A stretch of DNA of 64,000 nucleotides from the human T2T-CHM13v2.0 reference genome, Homo sapiens. The notes beneath the pieces are model-generated. The model saw nothing but the letters and a program-made list of their open reading frames with translations, was not told the origin of the DNA and did no database searches. The stretch lies in the NCBI RefSeq assembly GCF_009914755.1, contig NC_060945.1, one strand, 5' to 3'. The position numbers and the translations under genes were made by a program. Within the stretch, counting starts at the first letter, position 1. Every line of letters starts with the position of its first letter. Below, in pieces: positions 56,390-64,000 of the stretch.

Positions 56390-57105
56390 GAACTCCATGT
56401 GAAGATGAGGAAAGGATTGGAGTGATACATATACAAGCCAAGAAATGCCAAGGATTCCTGGTCATTGCCAGAAGCTAGGAAAGAGGCAAGAAATAGATTC
56501 TCCTTAAGCACCCTCAGGAGTCAACCCTGCCAACACCTTGATCTTGGACTTCTGACTTTCAGAACTATGAGACAGTAAATATCTATTGTTTAAGTCACCC
56601 AGTTTGTGCTACTTTGTTGCAGTAGCCCTAGGAAACGAATACTCCAGCTCTGATTGATTCAAGAAACAAAATATTTAGGGGTACTAATATTGAATTAATA
56701 GGTTGCTCAATTATTAAAATGAAGAATAAGACTGTTACCAACATGAAAATTAAGTTCCAATTTGCATAGAAATAAGTGCTGTCCCTTGTAGTCCTGTTCC
56801 AACTGAATGTCATGATTTAGGAAGAACAAAACTGTTTCTTCTCTATAAAATATATTTTTCCACATCATAAAACTTACATATTCTATTATTAAGGAATAAA
56901 CATTCCCAGCAACTTATTTGATTTCATGTAATAGTGAAACACCCAGTAGAGGAAAGAATGCATTTTATCATAGCTACATGATCCACTTTTTAAATTGAAT
57001 TCATAGTATAACCAGTCTGTTACTAGGAAAAAAAAAGTGAAAACATGCTGATCAATTATCAGATCTCCCTGCTGCTTCAGTCTCTTCAGTGTACTCAAGC
57101 ATGCG

Positions 57106-57108
<3 letters not shown>

Positions 57109-57136
<28 letters not shown>
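57109..57136. repeat. (GA)14 microsatellite
   Basis: Direct reading. Confidence 0.95.
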
Positions 57137-57139
<3 letters not shown>

Positions 57140-58178
57140 AACTCACATTCCTAACTGTAAGATATATATGATAGAATATAATTTGATTTTTTAAAATTGT
57201 AGAAATGTGGATGATACAGATTCTCCAATTTATTCTGAACTACTTCTCACAACCTGCTTTTTTACTATGAACTTACAGCAAGATTATAAAAAGATGTCTG
57301 TGGATTCTCTAAAGGCTGCAGAATTGTGTGATAATTGCTCATTTCTCTTTCTCTACAGGCTCTCTGAGACTGGGTCCTTAGTCATAGTAGTGCAATAACT
57401 ACCATTCCTTGAAGACTTACTATGTGCCAGTCACAGTGCTAAGATTTCAATCATTGGTGCATTAAACAGCAAATACAACAGGTTTGATTGGCATAGGCGC
57501 CCATTGTTCCAGGTGTTTATGTACTGGAAGCCACTTTAAACTACAGGATTGACACCAGATTAAATTTTTCTGACATCCCAATGTGTTTTCAAAATGGTGA
57601 AGAATACCAGACAGTTTATTATTCCAAGGTAGTGTTTGTTTTGCTTTACAGACATATCCTGACTTTTAGTACAACTTTGAGGCTTGGAGTCCTCCTTTTC
57701 ACCACTGAACTCATTTTGCAACATGCAATTGCCAATAGCTGGCAGTCATATAATTTTGAATTGATATTCAAAATTATTTGTCAGTTTGGTCCAAGAACTG
57801 TTAAATATAAGAAAAATGTTTACTCATTTTTCCTTTCTCCAGAAGAATTTGAAGAATTTCTAATACAGTGACTTAAGAGGAAATTAAATAAAGTCCAAAT
57901 CACATTTTTGTTTTCTATTTTTTAATATTTGGGAATGCTCACTTATGTTATTCTTCAGATTCATTTCTTTACTCTGAAATTGACACAAATTCTAAGAAAC
58001 AATGTATCTTACACTTCACTTCCTAAATCCAAACAAATATACTGCAATAAAAACATTCACCTCTGTTAATTTGGTCATGAGCAAATTATATCTATTGGAA
58101 CTACATAAATATTGATGACCAGATTTGGGTATAAGTTTGGCTTAAATTATATGTAGTTATAAAATCTGTTTTAGTAAT

Positions 58179-58216
58179 TTCTTTCTATATGACTTGATTC
58201 TTTCTATATGACTTGA
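58179..58216. repeat. Perfect 19-bp tandem duplication
   Basis: TTCTTTCTATATGACTTGA x2. Confidence 0.95.
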
Positions 58217-59439
58217 TGACTGAGTTTAATTGCCTTCCACTGCCTGTTTCATCTGTATTAATATTGTTCTTACAATTGGACTAATGGCTTCACAGGTAAG
58301 TTATCAGAAGTACTAATGGAATTCAGACATTTGTAGAATGTTTTCTACTTCAAAAAATGACTGTATATAATTGTATTTAGGTCTCAAAGAACACTGTCTT
58401 TACTTGACCAGGGAAAAAAATGAGAAAAGTTGAATTATTGCAATGGTCACAAAATCAACAACTGATAGAATTGGAACAAGATCTATATTCTATGCTCTTT
58501 GTAACACCTTCTACTTCTGCTGTATTCTCTGTTACTCACACCCAGGATAACCATAAAATCTAACACATTGCTTTTCATAGCATTTATTTTTAAAAAAGTC
58601 TTGGGAGAGAAATAGACCTTAATATCACCCCTTTCTTCTAGCAGGTAAGATGTTCTTTCCTATTTTACAAACAGAGAAGACAGAGGCCCATAGAAATTAT
58701 GATTTGTCTTAAATTAATGTGTGATGAAATGTAAATTATATTAAAGTTTTCCTTCTTCTGGCTATACTATGCACTATCATTTTAGCCAAAATTTATTTTT
58801 GTTTAATGTTTATCAGTGAAAGACTAAAATGCTGTTCATATTTGAGGAAAATAAAATTTCCCCCAAAAAAGACATTTCAAAAGTAAAAATTATACATGGC
58901 ATTTTATGTTCTTTTCACTGGCAGGCAATCTACAGGAAATTATTTAACCATGAGCCAAACTGAAGTGTCAACTTCCTGTTATCAGGACAACAAAAACATT
59001 ATGGAAACAAATTCTTGGTTTTGAAATTTTTATGGCATGAGTACTCATGACTATAAACCAAACTTTTAAGATAAGAAGACTAACTTGTTTCTCAACATCA
59101 AATAAAATCACCTTATTACATGTATTTATCTTCTCTCAGTTTTTTCTGTGCTTTGTGAAGCCTCCTCGAGCCATGGTCACCTTAAAAATGGATCACAGTT
59201 ATATAGGGAAAAAATTAAAAGTCAAATTGTCATTTATCTTAAATATTGAATGATAATTGATATCTTGGTTTGTCCCATATGATGAGTTGTATGACTCTTG
59301 GAATATAATAGGCTTTCTGAATGACTGTAAATAAATTTGGAACAAAAGTCAGTAAAGAAAAAAGTGGGAGTCATACTTTTTGTCATTATCATATCAAACA
59401 AACACAAACGCTTTTAACCATACCTAAAAAAGTTGAGTT

Positions 59440-59702
59440 TCCCAGATTTAGGGAAACTGCACAATCTGAAAACACAGTCACAAGACTATCCTCACTTCAG
59501 GTACCAGCTGTCTTTGAATGTCCCCAGGACCGCCCTTATTTCAGACCAGTTGGTAACAAATTCAGAGGTTACCACAGCCACCTTGGGTTCAAAATTTCAC
59601 TAGAAAGACTTACAGAACTCACTGAAAATAATTGTACTCACAATTGCATTAATCAGAGGTCTAGGATACAAATTAAGACCAGCCAAAGGAAGAAGCACAT
59701 AG
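59440..59702 (-). mobile_element. MER21-like LTR fragment
   Basis: CACAAGACTATCCTCACTTCAG..CTAGAAAGACTTACAGAACTCACTGAAA..CAGCCAAAGGAAGAAGCACATAG. Confidence 0.7.
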
Positions 59703-60174
59703 ACCAACTCCACAGCAACCCCATGGGATTGGGGAATGGGCAGCAAGAAAAAAACAATATAAACCTGGACTTAATTCTGCCTACTGGCTAGTGACTAGTA
59801 ACTAAAGTCTAGTAAAGACTAGTAAACTCTGCCTTCTTCCAGCATCCAGGCAACTGTGGCAAGCTAACTTATGATTGGTTAAAATTTCAAATCCTTCATA
59901 GCTCCTGACACTAGTTACTGCCAGTAAAGTGGTAAGCTCATGAACTGATAACTCTAAATATTTTGTACATATATTTGTTTATATGCATATGTATTTTATG
60001 CACTTTTATTTTCTCACTTCTAATTCATTTCTTATCAGATTTTCTGCTCACCACCACTCTAATAAAATAACTCTTTCAAAGGTCTCCAATGGCTTCCAAA
60101 TTGCCAAATCTAGCAATCTATGTTCAGTCTCATCCTGCTTGACCTTGCCAAGTTATTAGTATGTTCTCCATTTC

Positions 60175-60439
60175 TGTAAGACCAACCCTTACTCTTCTCC
60201 TTCTTCTCAGCCTACTCAATATGAAGGCAAAGAGGACAAAGATCTTTGGGATAATCACTTCCAATTAATGAATAGTAAATATATGTAACATACAAAATAT
60301 GTGGTAATTGCCTATGTTATTGGTAAGGCTTCCAGTCAACAGGAGGCTATTAGTTAAGTTTTAGGGGAGTCGAAAGTTATGTGTGGGTTTTTGACTGTGA
60401 GGAGGTGCTGCTAACCTCACCTTACTCAAGGATCAACTG
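60175..60439 (+). mobile_element. Tigger2-family 3' end
   Basis: CTCAGCCTACTCAA..GGTAAGGCTTCCAGTCAACAG..AAGGATCAACTG. Confidence 0.8.
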
Positions 60440-60444
60440 AATTT

Positions 60445-60940
60445 ATCCCAGAATCCCCTTCCATACGTGGTCTGGATTTGAGTTAGATAAAAGAGAAGCT
60501 TTCTTGAGTGAAGAGGGCATTTATTTTGGAAGACTGTGGTGGGAGGCCAGGGTGAGAGGAAGTCCCAGGGTGTTCACTGGGCTCTAGTTTCAGCTCATCT
60601 TTCTACTGTTTTCATCAACCAACAGCAGCCCCAAGCCAACCACCAAGCTCTAGCAAGGTGACAGCTTCAACAGACCTCTCTTCAAGCACTGCCTTATTTA
60701 AGTCCCAATTCAGCGGCCAAGGATGCACATCTTCTGGAACTTTTCTGCAATCTCTGACCTGGCCATCCAGAACAGGCTGTCACGGTTAGTGACTTTTGCT
60801 GAATATCACTTTCCTGTTCCCGATCTTCACATGCCCAGTTCTTTCCACATGATTGTAATCTTTAATTTCCATAAAAAATTTCTTCTACTTATAATATTTC
60901 TTGTGCTTTTTTTTTAGACTGAATGCTAAGGGATAGATGT
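60445..60940 (+). mobile_element. Old ERVL LTR (LTR40/41-like)
   Basis: CCAGAATCCCCTTCC..TGGTCTGG..GAGTT start motif; family uncertain. Confidence 0.45.
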
Positions 60941-61168
60941 GTGAAATTTCAATTATTGTTTTTAGCAAATAAACCAAAACTTCATATTCTATGGCTAAAA
61001 GTGTGGTGTTCCTCTTACACGTGATGAAAGGCAGGGACTGACTCAAAATATGTATGCCTTTCAAAACTCTAAAAATAAAGCATGTCATCAGGCTGTGACA
61101 GGGATAAACATATAATGAGCACATATAGAATCCCAAGAGTTACCTTCACTGGTCACATATGTAGCCTT

Positions 61169-61390
61169 CTGCTATCGACTGAATTGTGCCCCACTCTAAT
61201 TAATGTGTTGAAGCCCAAACCCAGTATGACTGTACAAAGAGACACTGTCTTTAGAAGGCAATGGAAGTTTATTTAGGTCATAAGTGTGGGGTCCTAATCT
61301 AATAGGACTGCGGAGATTTATAAGAAGGAAAAGATCTCTCTCTCTCTTTATCTCTCTCTCTCTCTTCCTCTCTCTCTCAAGCAGTATCCT
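61169..61390 (+). mobile_element. MLT1A-like LTR 5' part
   Basis: TGCTATCGACTGAATTGTGCCCC..TGTTGAAGCCC..AGGTCATAAG.GTGGGG.CCTAATC. Confidence 0.75.
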
Positions 61391-61759
61391 CATGTATAAA
61401 ATAATTCTTACAGAGGACTAGGTTTCTTTCTGGGAACCCCTTCAACTCTTTTCTGCCCCAATCGCTCATAACATCCCACTTTATACACTTCATAGTCCTC
61501 ACACTCATCTGAGCCTCCAACCCAATCACCTCCCAGAGTCTATTCTACCTTGTGCAGCTATAACATCCTAATTTTCAACTTCCACTCTTTTTTTACTGAT
61601 TTAATACTGCGGAATAAATCCTATATGAAAATATGTACTTACCACTGATCTTCCATGTAAAACTCTGAAACCCTAGTAGTTGACAATTTAGAAATTCTGA
61701 ATACTTGTGCTCAATTTATATCATAAATTCTAGATTATTATTGACATTAAATAAGCAGA

Positions 61760-62845
61760 CAATATCACAGGACACTTCATCATCTGACCTTGCTTGTCTT
61801 TCTCTAACTACATTTCTCCCAGCTCCACTTCTCTGGTCAAAAAGAATCATGCTTTCCTTTCTTTCAAACATGCTTTACATACGCTATTTTCACTGTCTGG
61901 AATTCACTCCTGCTGCATTTCCCATGTCTTACTTATCCTTGAGGTCTAAAGTTAACTAAAGCATTTTCCAAAGGATTCCTTGACCTTGAAAGATTGAGTC
62001 TTGTTCTTCCTTTACTTTCTGACTTACTATGGATAACCTCTCTAAGTAGACTCTCTACTTTTTAACAGCACATTATTTTCTTGTTTACTAGTGCCCTTTC
62101 CAATTTATTTGTTTATTATTTATAGCATATTAGAGAAATAGCCTATAAACATTAAGAGAGTAGGGGCCATATATGTCTTATTCACTCTTTTTTGGAATTC
62201 AGTTTCTGACACAATGAAGGTACATCTTAAGTTGACTAAATGAATGACAAAATACAGTATGAATGAAGAATTGATTAAATCATTAATAACTATGGTATCA
62301 ATTTCCCTCCACATTACCTTGAAATCAGCCTTTATTAGTCAATCTTGCACACTGGAAAGCTGGAAGGCAGATGCTGTATCTAGCCAATTATTTTATCACC
62401 AATTCCAACAGGAACTCATACTCATAGATACTGTGCTGCTGTTAGAATAGCTGTCCATTATCTCTCAAATCATTTATTTTCTCAACTCTTTGTCTTGCCC
62501 TCTTTGTTCTCATTTTTTCTTCCACAATTGACTAGTTTTCATTCATCATGGATTAGTCAACCGCATCTTTCCCATAAAACCTACACTCAAAGTAGAGTGA
62601 CTTTTCCCTAAATTCCTATTTTTCCCAGCTTTGACACTTGACAATACTCTGTCTTTCAACCTTTTGGGAAGCTATTGTCTTGCATTGTCATCAACTTTTA
62701 AACACGTGCATAACTTGTTATCTCAATTAAATTGTAATTTTTAAAGGAAAGGCATATAGCATATGACTACCTCTTTTATATTCTTAACAATGTTGAGAAT
62801 AGTGCAATAAATGTAATAAACATCTTCACTGAATGAATGAATAAA
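61760..62845 (+). mobile_element. L2 3' fragments (two)
   Basis: TAGGGGCCATATATGTCTTATTCAC...TGAATGA and TGAATGAATGAATAAA ends. Confidence 0.55.
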
Positions 62846-64000
62846 CATATCACTTATGGAATCACATTTTTATATTTAATCTTCCAGGAAAATAATTACT
62901 TTATTTGACCTTGCCAAAACTTCTTGAAAACAACATATGTAACTTTAAGCCATATTTTTCAATAAATAACATCTTCATTACTCTGAGTGAATTGTAAGAA
63001 TTGACTCAATTACCAAGATGACCAAGCCAGCTTCAAGGATGTGACCAATACACTGTGAGAATTTGACTCATTGTATACTGGGCTTTTCACTTGGCTGTTT
63101 AACAGGAGAAAACAGGAAAGAAGCACACAGTCAAGTGTGCTTGCAGTGGAGAAATTGGTGTTCAGTGTTCTGGACAGGCTTTAAGTCCTCTGGGTTATAT
63201 CCAAGCAACACAGCCTCAGAGCTAGATCACAGAATCAAGACACCAGAATTCTACTTCTGTGTCCAACATTTAGTGCAATCAGATGGAATGCAACATTGAA
63301 ATATGAAATGTAATGTTTTAGTTAAATCAGTGTTCAAGCTGGCAATTTATTATATGCAGCCTGTTCAGAATTGAAAAATTTGCTATTGTCTAGACTGTGC
63401 TTCAGACAATCAGCCACAAATCCCAATGTAGAGGTTATTCTGTGGTTGCATAACTTAAATAAATTTCCTACCTCAAAGTCATTGACAAAAAAATACTGGA
63501 ATAACGAATCCCTAGTAAAGTCAGATCTCGTCAAATAGAAGTTATTTATAGTCATATACTGTGATAGATGGCCATATTCAAAGCATTTGATATTAAAAGT
63601 CTAAAATCAATCTTACTATGTATACATAGGAAGTTGTCAAGCTAATTTGACACTATTACACAGCATTTAAGTATGCACCAAGTCTAGAATGTTCAATTAG
63701 ACAAACTTACAATACCTAAGTAAAGTTATGTTAGTCTAGATAAATCATACTTATTTATTGAAGAATTCTAATTTGAAGAATTCCAGACAGCAAGTTTTAT
63801 TCTAAAAATAATTTATAATGTTAGCTGCAAATGTCATATATCAATAAGATTGTGTAAAAAGCCCTAAATTTTTCATCCTTAGAAAGCAGTTAATCATTGA
63901 GACATGATAACACCACCAAAAAAGATTACCCTATGCAGTTCTTGAAGTACATTTTGCTTCTAATAAATTTAAAAAGATAATTTCCACATAAAGGATATAT

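Noticed and set aside
59321-59791. 156-aa ORF
   Set aside because: Mostly antisense MER21-like LTR sequence; no domain.

Overview
AT-rich, CpG-depleted primate genomic DNA (Alu J/S/Y, L1PA/PB/MA, THE1, MLT2A and MER57 are present, so catarrhine, plausibly human). It looks intergenic or deep-intronic. I can support no host protein-coding exon, RNA gene or prokaryotic-type system, and the supplied ORFs are repeat-derived or chance. Much of the window is transposon fossils, often nested with readable target-site duplications (TSDs). The standout is 53855-56389: one minus-strand LTR insertion bounded by a perfect 5-bp TSD (GAACT) whose two LTRs come from different families. It has an MLT2A (HERV-L) 5' LTR, a THE1 (MaLR) internal region and a THE1 3' LTR, with the switch at the primer-binding site. 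That is the expected product of an intermolecular plus-strand transfer between co-packaged HERV-L and THE1 genomes. Other points of interest are an ERVL integrase/dUTPase relic, a twin-primed L1, an internally deleted L1MA, rearranged Alus, a CpG-decayed palindrome, a perfect DR2 nuclear-receptor site and several splice-site pairs. Repeat family names come from my recall of consensus sequences, not from a database search, and boundaries of old repeats are approximate.
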